A program made the position numbers and the translations under genes. From an uncultured virus (IMG/VR IMGVR_UViG_3300030450_003626) (taxonomy: Duplodnaviria; Heunggongvirae; Uroviricota; Caudoviricetes), in IMG/VR virus record IMGVR_UViG_3300030450_003626: a stretch of DNA of 64,000 bases. One strand, 5' to 3'. Positions 45,507-54,754 of the stretch are shown piece after piece; the first letter of the stretch is position 1; every line of letters starts with the position of its first letter. Below the pieces are notes generated by a model. It made no database searches. It saw only the letters and a list, made by a program, of their open reading frames with translations, and had not been told where the DNA came from.

Positions 45507-46391
45507 ATGCCTGACGAGACCAAGATTGACGTTGGCGACAAAGACGAAGACGCCATGGAAGTAAACATTTCACCGCAAGAAGACACAGAAGACGCTCCGC
45601 TATCCGCGGAAGCGCCGGAAGATTCTTCTGGTGAACTTGAGGATTATAGCGCTGGGGTTAAAGACCGCATTGGTCAACTAACCAAGCGTTTCAGGGAAGA
45701 GGAGCGGCAGAAGCAAACAGCCCTTGAGTTTGCTGAGAACGTTCGTAAGGAAAACGAAAATCTCAAGCAGCGTATCAACGCCCTTGATGAAGGGTATATG
45801 ACCCAGTTTGACGGCCGTGTTTCCAGTGAGCTTGATTCAGCGAAACAAGCCCTTCGTGAGGCTCATGAAACGGGTGACGTTGATAAACTGGTTAAAGCGC
45901 AGGAAGATTTAGCCAATTTAACGGTTCAGAAATCTAACGCAGATGTTGCTCGAACCAAAAAGGTGCAAAGGGTTGAATCGGAAACACCGGCTCCCCCACC
46001 GCTACCACCCCAACCATCGCAACCCCAACCGCAGGCAACGCCAGACCCAAAGGCAGAGGCTTGGGCTGCGGAGAACACTTGGTTCGGCAACGATGAAGTT
46101 ATGACCTACGGTGCGTTTGGCATACATCGTAGGTTGGTTGAGGACGAGGGGTTTGACCCGACTTCAGATGAGTACTATGCTGAATTAGATTCTAGACTTA
46201 GGAATGAGTTTCCGAATAAACTTGATCCCAAGTCGAAGAATAACGGGGGAAGAAAGGTTGCGTCGGCCGAATCTTCCGCTTCCCGCAAAAAGACTGGACG
46301 GAAAACTGTGCGGTTAACCCCGTCTCAAGTTGCCATAGCTAAGAAGCTAAATGTGCCGCTTGAAGAATATGCAAAATATGTGAGGGATTAG
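45507..46391 (+). CDS. Capsid scaffolding protein (putative)
   Basis: Acidic coiled coil; W...N.WFG motif; C-terminal LTPSQVAIAKKLNVPLEEYAK. Confidence 0.7.
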   Translation: MPDETKIDVGDKDEDAMEVNISPQEDTEDAPLSAEAPEDSSGELEDYSAGVKDRIGQLTKRFREEERQKQTALEFAENVRKENENLKQRINALDEGYMTQFDGRVSSELDSAKQALREAHETGDVDKLVKAQEDLANLTVQKSNADVARTKKVQRVESETPAPPPLPPQPSQPQPQATPDPKAEAWAAENTWFGNDEVMTYGAFGIHRRLVEDEGFDPTSDEYYAELDSRLRNEFPNKLDPKSKNNGGRKVASAESSASRKKTGRKTVRLTPSQVAIAKKLNVPLEEYAKYVRD

Positions 46392-46393
46392 CC

Positions 46394-46879
46394 ATGAGTA
46401 CTGAGAACACATCTCGCGAAAAGTCTACGAGAACGCCTCGAGCCAACCAAACCCGTGCAAGGCAAGCACGCAGAGAACCTTGGAAGCCACCGTCCATGTT
46501 GGACGCACCGCCGCCCCCAGAGGGCTACAAGCATCGATGGATTAGAACCGAAGTGATGGGTTTTGATGACCGCAAAAACGTAGCAGCAAGATCCCGAGAG
46601 GGGTGGGAACTGGTGCGTGGTGATGAGTACCCTGATTTTGAGGTTCCAACCGTTGAAGATGGTAAGCACGCTGGGGTTATCGGAGTAGGTGGTCTTTTGC
46701 TTGCAAGAGTTCCGGTTGAGATTGTTGAGGAGCGCGATGCGTATTTCCGAGACATGACAAAGAACCAGATGACGGCTGTTGATAACGACTTAGCTCGTGA
46801 GCAACATCCGGCGATGCCGATTAACAAACCTGATCGGCAATCTCGTGTAACTTTTGGAGGTCCTCAAAATGAGGACTAG
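46394..46879 (+). CDS. Conserved head-module protein
   Basis: WKPPSMLDAP, HRWIR, REGWE.V and GVGGLLLARVP motifs. Confidence 0.65.
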   Translation: MSTENTSREKSTRTPRANQTRARQARREPWKPPSMLDAPPPPEGYKHRWIRTEVMGFDDRKNVAARSREGWELVRGDEYPDFEVPTVEDGKHAGVIGVGGLLLARVPVEIVEERDAYFRDMTKNQMTAVDNDLAREQHPAMPINKPDRQSRVTFGGPQNED

Positions 46880-46887
46880 GAGAGAAC

Positions 46888-47532
46888 ATGGCTAACAGTA
46901 ATGGAAGCTTTGGTCTTCGCCCCCTAAACAAACAGGGCGGGGCCTCAAATTCCACTGGTATGACCCAGTACTCTGCCTATGAAATCGCGAATGGAAACAC
47001 CAACAAGCTGTATCACGGCGAGCCCGTGATTCCGCTTTCCACCGGTTATATCGACGCCCCAGGCGCCGCTGCCGGTGGTACGGTGGGTCTTTTGGGTGTG
47101 TTTCAAGGTTGCGAGTACGTGTCCAGTACCACTGGGAAGACGGTTTGGAGTAACTACTGGCCCGGTACCGGGGCAGACTCCAATCATCCAGTAAAAGCGT
47201 TTGTCAACGATGATCCGATGCAGCTTTATGTTATTGCGACGGATGCCTCGTGGACCAATAAAGCCACGGCTCGCGCTGCGGTTTTTGCGAACGCTAATTT
47301 CTCGACTGCGATCACCGGCACTGATGCCACGGGCGTTTCTCTGGGTCGCCTTGCAATCAGCACGATTGCTACCACGGCCGCCTTGCAGATGCGTATCATG
47401 GGTTGGGTCGATGATCCAGAGAACGCTGATTTTTCGGCGGCTGGGATTGGCGCAATTGTTCGGTTGAACAACCACTTCAATAGCAACAATGGTGCTATTG
47501 CTGCTGGTACACCTTCAACCACTGGCGTATAG
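46888..47532 (+). CDS. Putative capsid decoration / minor capsid protein
   Basis: MAN..FGLRP, GVFQGCEY and V.DDP motifs; directly before the capsid gene. Confidence 0.6.
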   Translation: MANSNGSFGLRPLNKQGGASNSTGMTQYSAYEIANGNTNKLYHGEPVIPLSTGYIDAPGAAAGGTVGLLGVFQGCEYVSSTTGKTVWSNYWPGTGADSNHPVKAFVNDDPMQLYVIATDASWTNKATARAAVFANANFSTAITGTDATGVSLGRLAISTIATTAALQMRIMGWVDDPENADFSAAGIGAIVRLNNHFNSNNGAIAAGTPSTTGV

Positions 47533-47544
47533 GAGGACTGAAAA

Positions 47545-48453
47545 ATGGCTATTAGTAGAGCCCAACTAGCTAAAGAGCTAGAGCCTGGTCTCAATGCCCT
47601 TTTCGGCCTTGAGTATGCTAGGTACGACGACGAGGCCTCGGAAATTTATGACACTGAATCTTCAGAACGTGCTTTTGAAGAAGAGGTGATGCTTTCCGGC
47701 TTCGGCTCGGCCCCTGTTAAGGCAGAGGGTTCGGCTGTCTCGTTCGATGACGCGCAAGAAGCGTACACCGCCAGGTATACGCATGAGACGATTGCCCTGG
47801 CCTTTTCCATCACGGAAGAGGCTATCGAGGATAATTTGTATGATCGTCTGGCTTCGCGTTATACGAAGGCTTTGGCACGTAGTATGGCCAACACCAAGCA
47901 GGTGAAGGGTGCCGCTACGCTGAACAATGCTTTCGACAGCACCTTTACGGGCGGCGATGGTAAGGAGCTCTGTGCGACTGACCATCCTCTTACGAACAAC
48001 AACGATCTTCGTAACGAGCCCAGCACCGCTGCTGATTTGAACGAAACCAGCCTTGAGAATGCTCTTATCGACATCGCAGCTTTTGTCGATGAGCGCGGCC
48101 TCAAAGTATCGGTTCGTGGTCAGAAACTGATTATCCCGCCGGCCCTGCAATTCGTTGCAGATCGTCTGCTGGAATCCACTCTTCGTCCCGGAAGCGCGGA
48201 TAACGACGTTAACGCTATGCGGAACATGGGTATGCTCCCGCAGGGTTACGTTGTTAACCACTATCTGACGGACACGGATGCGTTCTTCATTAAGACGGAT
48301 GCTCCCCGCGGTTTCGTTCACTTTGAACGTATGCCGATGTCCACGAAGATGGAAGGTGACTTTGATACGGGCAACGTCCGTTTCAAGGCACGGGAACGCT
48401 ACAGCTTCGGGTATTCTGACCCGCGCTGCGTATACGGATCTCCGGGTGCGTAA
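47545..48453 (+). CDS. Major capsid protein
   Basis: MAISRAQLAKELEPGLNALFG, GGDGKELCATDHP and FKARERYSFG motifs; GGAGG RBS; followed by a terminator. Confidence 0.9.
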   Translation: MAISRAQLAKELEPGLNALFGLEYARYDDEASEIYDTESSERAFEEEVMLSGFGSAPVKAEGSAVSFDDAQEAYTARYTHETIALAFSITEEAIEDNLYDRLASRYTKALARSMANTKQVKGAATLNNAFDSTFTGGDGKELCATDHPLTNNNDLRNEPSTAADLNETSLENALIDIAAFVDERGLKVSVRGQKLIIPPALQFVADRLLESTLRPGSADNDVNAMRNMGMLPQGYVVNHYLTDTDAFFIKTDAPRGFVHFERMPMSTKMEGDFDTGNVRFKARERYSFGYSDPRCVYGSPGA

Positions 48454-48459
48454 ATAAAA

Positions 48460-48493
48460 AGGAGGGGGGTTCTTAATAGCCCTCCTCCGTTTT
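48460..48493 (+). terminator. Rho-independent terminator after the capsid gene
   Basis: ggaggggggtt / agccctcctcc stem followed by a T-run. Confidence 0.7.
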
Positions 48494-48601
48494 ACGTTAT
48501 TTGTTTTGTTATTTTAATCTGGGAACCATATAGCCCTAGCGACTGTCCCAGCAGACGCTTACGAAGACTCTAGGGCCAATCTCTCGTAAGGAGGAAGCCT
48601 G

Positions 48602-49159
48602 ATGGCTAACACGACATTTAACGGTCCGGTTCGGTCCGAAAACGGTTTTGAGCAAATTAGCGTCAACGCAACCACGGGTGCGGTGACCACCAATCTCGAT
48701 GTTGACAGCAGCGGTAATGTGGTGACGACAGGTTATGTCTCATCGTATGACAACGTTGTTTCGATTGAAGATGCGACCTACACGGTTGCTACAACTCAGT
48801 CTGGGGCAGTCTTTACGTTGAACCGTGCGGCGGGCATCGTTGTTACGTTGCCGACTGCGGCCGCGGGTCTGAACTACACCTTTATTGTGGGCACGACCTT
48901 TACGGGCGCGGGTCAGATCAACACAGAAAACACCAGTGATCTTTACTCTGGGTTTGCTCAAATTTTTGATCCGGCGACGGCTGGCGACACCAATACTTTT
49001 ATCCCTGACGCCAGTAACGATGACACGATTGACCTCGGAAGCGCCGAGCAAGGTTGGCTTGTAGGTGGTGTTATTCGCTTGAAAGCCACCACCGCGGCCG
49101 TGTGGCACTGCGAAGCATTCCTCCATGGCGATGGAACTTTAGCCACGCCGTTTGAATAG
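48602..49159 (+). CDS. Virion structural protein
   Basis: MANTTFNGPVRSENGF N-terminus; VTLPTAAAGLNYTF. Confidence 0.6.
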   Translation: MANTTFNGPVRSENGFEQISVNATTGAVTTNLDVDSSGNVVTTGYVSSYDNVVSIEDATYTVATTQSGAVFTLNRAAGIVVTLPTAAAGLNYTFIVGTTFTGAGQINTENTSDLYSGFAQIFDPATAGDTNTFIPDASNDDTIDLGSAEQGWLVGGVIRLKATTAAVWHCEAFLHGDGTLATPFE

Positions 49160-49205
49160 TTAGTGTTGGGGGGCGGTAGCCCCCCAGCCTCTAGAGGAGG
49201 TTTAT

Positions 49206-49610
49206 ATGGCTGACGCTGTTACAGCAACGACAGTACAAGACGGAGACCGAAACGCCGTCATTTACTGCACCAACACTAGCGATGGAACCGGGGAATCGGC
49301 AGTCACTAAAGTGGATGTGTCTGCTCTGGCTTCGCGGCAGGACGGAACCGCTTGCACAGGTGTTCGCATTAAAAAGATAGCCTTCTCCACAGTGGGGATG
49401 GGCGTAAAAGTTCTTTGGAATGCGTCTACGAACGTTATCGCTGCGGAACTTCCAGCAGATTATTCCGATACGCTGGATTATTCCGACATTAGTGGTTTGC
49501 CGAATGTCGCGGCGGCGTCTGGTAAGACGGGCGACATTAAGTTTACCACTGTGGGCCACAGTAGCGGGGACACCTACTCTGTAGTTCTTTACTGCTTGAA
49601 AGAGTACTAG
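49206..49610 (+). CDS. Virion structural protein
   Basis: SDGTGESAVTKVDVSAL and TGDIKFTT motifs; GAGGAGG RBS. Confidence 0.6.
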   Translation: MADAVTATTVQDGDRNAVIYCTNTSDGTGESAVTKVDVSALASRQDGTACTGVRIKKIAFSTVGMGVKVLWNASTNVIAAELPADYSDTLDYSDISGLPNVAAASGKTGDIKFTTVGHSSGDTYSVVLYCLKEY

Positions 49611-49619
49611 GTAAATTAA

Positions 49620-50522
49620 ATGGCAACCTCTGGATCTGTTGATTTTAACCTTGATATGGCCGAAATCACAGAGGAGGCCTTTGAGCGTTGCGGTCTTGAG
49701 TTCCGTACAGGTTACGATGCTCGAACCGCACGGCGTTCTTTAAACCTTCTCTTTGCGGAATGGGCGAACCGTGGTCTTAATCTCTGGACAGTCGAAGAGA
49801 TTACGCAGAACCTTGCTCAATTATCGACTACATCTTCTGTAGCGACATACCCTATAGGGGTGATTACGGCTACGGTTGGGGCATCGACAAATCTTAGCGT
49901 GGGGGAAACGATAACGGGAGGGTCTAGTGGGTCTACGGCTTCCGTTATAACAAAACCCTCCTCAACCACCATAACAATCACGGTTCCGTCAGGTTCTTTT
50001 ACCGCAGGTGAAACCATAACAGGCTCCAGTAGTTCTGCGAGTACTACTATTAGTGCGGACCCAAGCTTGTTAGACGTTCAGTCTTCAGTAGACGTTCTGG
50101 AAGCTGTTGTTCGACGCAGCGGAACGGACATAGGTATCACCAGGATTAGTCGAGGAGACTATCTAGATACTCCGGACAAGACTACACAAGGCCGGCCGTC
50201 TCAATTCTACATGGACCGTTTAATTACTCCGACCATTACGGTTTGGCCCTCTCCAGAAAATTCTACGGACCAACTAATCTACTACCGTATTCGGCGCATT
50301 GAGGACGCAGACGCAGGCGTAAACACCGCGGATGTTCCGTTTAGATTTTTACCGTGCCTTACAGCAGGCCTTGCATACTACCTGTCGATGAAAAAGGCAC
50401 CTCAATTATTACCTACTCTCAAGGCGGTGTACGACGAAGAGTTCATGCGTGCCGCCAGTGAAGATTCAGAAAGAACTGCGTTAAGATTAGTTCCTAGTTT
50501 TTCGTCGCTGAGTATTAGGTAA
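49620..50522 (+). CDS. Neck / head-tail connector protein
   Basis: EEAFERCG..ARRSLNLLFAEWANRGLNLW, GRPSQF and VPFRFLPCL motifs. Confidence 0.65.
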   Translation: MATSGSVDFNLDMAEITEEAFERCGLEFRTGYDARTARRSLNLLFAEWANRGLNLWTVEEITQNLAQLSTTSSVATYPIGVITATVGASTNLSVGETITGGSSGSTASVITKPSSTTITITVPSGSFTAGETITGSSSSASTTISADPSLLDVQSSVDVLEAVVRRSGTDIGITRISRGDYLDTPDKTTQGRPSQFYMDRLITPTITVWPSPENSTDQLIYYRIRRIEDADAGVNTADVPFRFLPCLTAGLAYYLSMKKAPQLLPTLKAVYDEEFMRAASEDSERTALRLVPSFSSLSIR

Positions 50523-51025
50523 TGCCAAGATATGCCGCAGGCACATACGCGCTAGGTATATCGGATCGTTCTGGAAGAGCGTACCCGTTGCGCGTGATGT
50601 TAAAGGAGTGGAATGGCAGTCTTGTTGGGCCTGACGAGTATGAGTCGAAACAGCCGCAGATAGAACCAAAAAGGGTTATTGGTGACCCGCAGGCTTTGCG
50701 GAATGCTCGACCAGATCGTGTTGAACCTGCTGTTAGTGTTTTACTTGCGTTAAACTCTTTCAAATCTTCCGCAAGCGGTTCGGCCGTTATTACGGTAACA
50801 GAACCAGGGCATGGCAGGAGTACAGGTGACACTGTACGGTTTAGAACGGTAGAGGCCTTCGACGGGTTTACAGAGAGTGCTTTGGAACAAGCCGCAGGCT
50901 ATTCCATAACCAAGGTTTCTGACGACACATATACATTTAGCGCCAGCAGCGGAACGGCTACAACCGGGAACGTAACTGGGGGCGGTGCCATAGCTTCGGC
51001 GGGTCCGGTCACCCTGTCTTCGTAA
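50522..51025 (+). CDS. Virion protein
   Basis: ISDRSG..YP and DPQALRNARP motifs; C-terminal HG..TGD.V beta module. Confidence 0.55.
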   Translation: MPRYAAGTYALGISDRSGRAYPLRVMLKEWNGSLVGPDEYESKQPQIEPKRVIGDPQALRNARPDRVEPAVSVLLALNSFKSSASGSAVITVTEPGHGRSTGDTVRFRTVEAFDGFTESALEQAAGYSITKVSDDTYTFSASSGTATTGNVTGGGAIASAGPVTLSS

Positions 51026-51037
51026 TAGAGGTGCTTC

Positions 51038-51682
51038 ATGGCATTCACGTTTACAACACTTAAAACAGCAATCCAAGATTACGTTCAAAGCACGGAATCG
51101 ACCTTTGTTAGTCAGTTGCCGCGTTTTATCATTAACGCCGAAGAACGGATTCTTAAAGAAGCTCAGTTGGATGTTTTTCGTAAGAACTCACAAGGTACGT
51201 TGACTTCTGGTAATTCTTATCTTGCGAAGCCCAGCGATTTTCTTGCTCAAAACTCTTTGAGCGTCATAGTCTCCTCGAGCAAGGAGTTCCTGTTATACAA
51301 GCAGGTCACGATGTTGCAGGACTACACGCCAAATCCCGCGACAACAGGAGTTCCGTTGTATTACGGTGATTGGGACCAAAAAACATTTTTGGTCGCGCCA
51401 ACCCCAGATTCAAACTACACCGTAGAGCTACACTATTTCTACCGGCCGCAATCCATTACGGAGTCCTCCGATGGAACAAGTTGGTTAGGGACAAACGCAG
51501 AATTGGCGTTGTTGTATGGGTCACTTTTTGAAGCTTACACGTTCCTCAAGGGAGAGCCCGACCTTTTGAGCCTCTACAACCAACGATACGGCGAATCTCT
51601 GCAATGGTTGAAGAACCTTGGAGAAGGCTTGCAGACACGCGATCAGTACAGATATGATCGTGTTAGAAGGGGAGTTGCGTAA
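51038..51682 (+). CDS. Head-tail adaptor / tail tubular A-like protein
   Basis: LKTAIQDY, FIINAEERI, VAPTPD..Y.VELHY and LLYGSL.EA motifs. Confidence 0.7.
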   Translation: MAFTFTTLKTAIQDYVQSTESTFVSQLPRFIINAEERILKEAQLDVFRKNSQGTLTSGNSYLAKPSDFLAQNSLSVIVSSSKEFLLYKQVTMLQDYTPNPATTGVPLYYGDWDQKTFLVAPTPDSNYTVELHYFYRPQSITESSDGTSWLGTNAELALLYGSLFEAYTFLKGEPDLLSLYNQRYGESLQWLKNLGEGLQTRDQYRYDRVRRGVA

Positions 51683-51684
51683 CA

Positions 51685-51972
51685 GTGGACGGCTCCGCTC
51701 ACAGTAAACTAGGAAATGCGCTAGTTTTTACGTCTGATAACGGGGGTCATTCGCCAGAACAAATGGCGGAGATGGCGCTTAACAAGATAATGGTTGTTTC
51801 GGAAACCGCCCCGCCTGTTATACGAGATCAGGCACTTGCTTATAGAGATCACATACGGGAAGTATTGGGTTTTTACATGGCCAAGATGGCAGAAAACGAA
51901 AGAACTAGTATCTACGTTTTATTGAAACAGCAAGGCCATCACGATATGGCCGAGATTATAAGGAGTTTGTAA
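51685..51972 (+). CDS. Conserved hypothetical protein
   Basis: GHSPEQMAE...APPVIRDQA pattern. Confidence 0.6.
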   Translation: MDGSAHSKLGNALVFTSDNGGHSPEQMAEMALNKIMVVSETAPPVIRDQALAYRDHIREVLGFYMAKMAENERTSIYVLLKQQGHHDMAEIIRSL

Positions 51973-52481
51973 TGGCTATTGGATCATCCGCAGTTTGCGG
52001 AAGTTACAAGCGTGAGATAAATGCGGGCATTCATTTTTGGACTTCGCACTCCCGTGGGGACGGCACTACCATTAACGCAGATACCTTTAAGATAGCGTTG
52101 TTCACCAACAGTTCGTCTATTGATGCCGACACCACGGGTTATTCAACAAGCAACGAGGTTAGCGGTACGAACTACACCGCAGGCGGAGAAGCGTTGTCGA
52201 GTGTAACGATAGGACTCGCAGACAACAGCAGTTCTGTTCCTACAGCGTTTATAGACATGGCGGATGTTACGTGGTCTTCAGCCACTATTACGGATGCGCG
52301 AGGTGCCCTGATTTATAACTCTACGTTAGCAAACGCAGGAACCGCGGGCACTACAACCCACGCGGCAAAGCCCGCCGTTTGTGTGATTAACTTTGGCGCG
52401 GACAGTTCTTCGAGTGCCGGTAACTTTACTGTTACGATGCCCACAAACGACGCTAACAACGCTTTGATTCGTATTGCGTAA
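51972..52481 (+). CDS. Tail-associated structural protein
   Basis: FKIALFT, EVSGTNYTAGG, ARGALIYN and A.IRIA motifs. Confidence 0.65.
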   Translation: MAIGSSAVCGSYKREINAGIHFWTSHSRGDGTTINADTFKIALFTNSSSIDADTTGYSTSNEVSGTNYTAGGEALSSVTIGLADNSSSVPTAFIDMADVTWSSATITDARGALIYNSTLANAGTAGTTTHAAKPAVCVINFGADSSSSAGNFTVTMPTNDANNALIRIA

Positions 52482-53053
52482 TGTCTGTTTTTGGCTGGGG
52501 CAGAGGGACTTGGAACTCCGGGGCGTGGAATAGTTCTCTTCCAGTTACGGGAGTGTCCGCTGCTACGGCGGTTGGTAGTGTACGAGTAGACATACAGCTT
52601 TCCGTCACGGGAATTTCTGCTTCGACGGCAGTTGGCAGTGTTACGGTAGTTGGAACGGCGAACGTTACTCCTTCTGGGGTATCTTCGGCCACAGCGGTTG
52701 GTAGTGTAACTGTAGCGGGAGCGGCGAACGTTACTCCTTCTGGGGTATCTGCTGCTACAGCGGTTGGTAGTGTAACTATCAGCGTTGTTATGTCAGTTAC
52801 GGGGGTATCTGCTGCTACAGCGGTTGGTAGTGTAAGTGTATCGGGAACGGCGAACGTTACTCCTTCTGGGGTATCTGCTGCTACAGCGGTTGGTAGTGTA
52901 ACTGTAAACATCTCAACCGGGGTTACAGGGGTGCAAGCCTCTACGGCGGTTGGCAACGCATTTGTCTGGGGTATAATAGTTCCGGGGCAGACACCTGAAT
53001 GGGGCGGAATAGTTCCGGGGCAGACACCTGAATGGACTGATATAGCGGCATAG
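52481..53053 (+). CDS. Tandem-repeat beta-rich tail protein
   Basis: Seven GVSAATAVGSV-type repeats; GWGRGTW N-terminus. Confidence 0.7.
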   Translation: MSVFGWGRGTWNSGAWNSSLPVTGVSAATAVGSVRVDIQLSVTGISASTAVGSVTVVGTANVTPSGVSSATAVGSVTVAGAANVTPSGVSAATAVGSVTISVVMSVTGVSAATAVGSVSVSGTANVTPSGVSAATAVGSVTVNISTGVTGVQASTAVGNAFVWGIIVPGQTPEWGGIVPGQTPEWTDIAA

Positions 53054-53062
53054 GAAGAGAAC

Positions 53063-54754
53063 ATGGCTTCTACCTTTACGACAAGTTTTGGCATAGAGAA
53101 GATTGGATCCGGAGAGCAATCAGGAACGTGGGGTACTACGACCAACCACAATTTTGATCTTCTGGACCGCATCGCTTCCTATACCACCGTGGCGTTGTCT
53201 GGTTCGACCCATACTTTGACAGTACGTGAAGCATCCCCAGGTTCTGGTACTGAAAACCTTCAAGATGGTATGTACCGGGTTATTAAATTTACGGGGGCGT
53301 TAGGAGCAAATAACACCGTAACTATCGCCCCGAATACGGCAAAGACATACTTTATTATTGAAAACGCCACTACCGATTCTGGTTCTAGCGGGCCGTATTC
53401 CGTTATTCTTTCTCAAGGTACAGGCGCAAACGTCACCGTCCAAAACGGTAAAAACGCGGTTGTTTATTGTGATGGCGCGGGTTCTGGCGCTGCCGTTGTC
53501 GATGCTCTCGCGGATCTTCAAATTGGTACGTTGGAAGTTACTGGCGCGGCCGCAATTGATGGTGCTGCTACACTAGGTAGTACTCTTGCGGTTACGGGCG
53601 CAGTGACGGGCAGTTCGACTATTCAAGGTACAACCATAACTGCCACTACAGCGTTTGTGCCAGATGCGTCAGATGGTGCTGCGCTTGGTACAACTTCATT
53701 AGAATTTAGTGATCTTTATCTCGCTGACGGTGCTGTAATTGGTTTTGGTGATGACCAAGATGTAACGCTGACCCATGTTGCTGATACTGGACTGCTTTTA
53801 AACAGTACAATGGCGCTTCAGTTTAATGACGCTTCTCAATATATCAACGCCCCAAGCGCCACTATTCTAGATATCAATGCTACAGATGAGATTGAACTTA
53901 ACGCTACATTAGCAGATGTTAATGCCAACCTAGATGTGTCAGGTACTATAGTGGGCGCATCTACTATCCAAGGCACAACTATTACGGCTACAGGTAACTT
54001 AATCGCTAGTGGAACGGTTGAACCAGCAGGAGATACCTCTGCCGGTGACAACGCTGCAATTGGTTACACTGCCGCCGAAGGATTGATCTTAACCGGACAA
54101 GGCAGCACATCGGATCTGACGGTCAAAAATGACGCCGACGAAACAGTTTTTACGGTGCCAACCGGCTCCGACGATATTTTGTTTCCCGATAACGCTAAAA
54201 TTCTACTTGGCGCTGGTAGCGATCTAGAGATTTATCATTCCGGAAGTCACAGTTATATTAACGACGCCGGGACAGGCAATTTGTATTTAGCTGGCGACAA
54301 CTTGGCGCTAACGTCTGCCGGTACATCCGAAAGTTATCTTCAGGCAGTTAAAGACGGTGCGGTTACTCTTTATCACGACAATAGTGCGAAAATCGCAACG
54401 ACCTCTGTTGGGGCAACTGTTACTGGCACGCTGATAGCCACCACAGATACAGACACAAGTAATACTGGCAGTGTCACTCTAGATTTTGGAGCTAACCAAA
54501 ATTTTGTGCTTACATTTACCGGAAACGTCACTCTAGCTAATCCATCTACAGAACAGGTTGGACAGGCTGGTGTTATAGTTTGTATTCAGGACGGGACCGG
54601 TAGCAGAACGCTTAGTCTGGGAACAGACTACGAAACTGCTGGAGGTTCTGGAATTACTCTTAGCACGGCAGCTAATGCGGTTGATGTTATACCATACTTT
54701 GTTAAGGCTTCTGGTTCAATCCAGTTAGGCGCACCACAACTGGCTTTCAGCTAA
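53063..54754 (+). CDS. Tail fibre protein
   Basis: GEQSGTWG.TTN.N N-terminus, DLEIYHSGSHSYI.D.GTGNL, and VTLYHDNSAKIATT fibre motifs. Confidence 0.75.
   Translation: MASTFTTSFGIEKIGSGEQSGTWGTTTNHNFDLLDRIASYTTVALSGSTHTLTVREASPGSGTENLQDGMYRVIKFTGALGANNTVTIAPNTAKTYFIIENATTDSGSSGPYSVILSQGTGANVTVQNGKNAVVYCDGAGSGAAVVDALADLQIGTLEVTGAAAIDGAATLGSTLAVTGAVTGSSTIQGTTITATTAFVPDASDGAALGTTSLEFSDLYLADGAVIGFGDDQDVTLTHVADTGLLLNSTMALQFNDASQYINAPSATILDINATDEIELNATLADVNANLDVSGTIVGASTIQGTTITATGNLIASGTVEPAGDTSAGDNAAIGYTAAEGLILTGQGSTSDLTVKNDADETVFTVPTGSDDILFPDNAKILLGAGSDLEIYHSGSHSYINDAGTGNLYLAGDNLALTSAGTSESYLQAVKDGAVTLYHDNSAKIATTSVGATVTGTLIATTDTDTSNTGSVTLDFGANQNFVLTFTGNVTLANPSTEQVGQAGVIVCIQDGTGSRTLSLGTDYETAGGSGITLSTAANAVDVIPYFVKASGSIQLGAPQLAFS
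54489..54582 (+). repeat. Exact 94-bp direct repeat, copy 2
   Basis: Identical to 1-94. Confidence 0.95.

Noticed and set aside
52453..53172. 239-aa minus-strand repeat ORF
   Set aside because: Antisense shadow of the repeat tail protein
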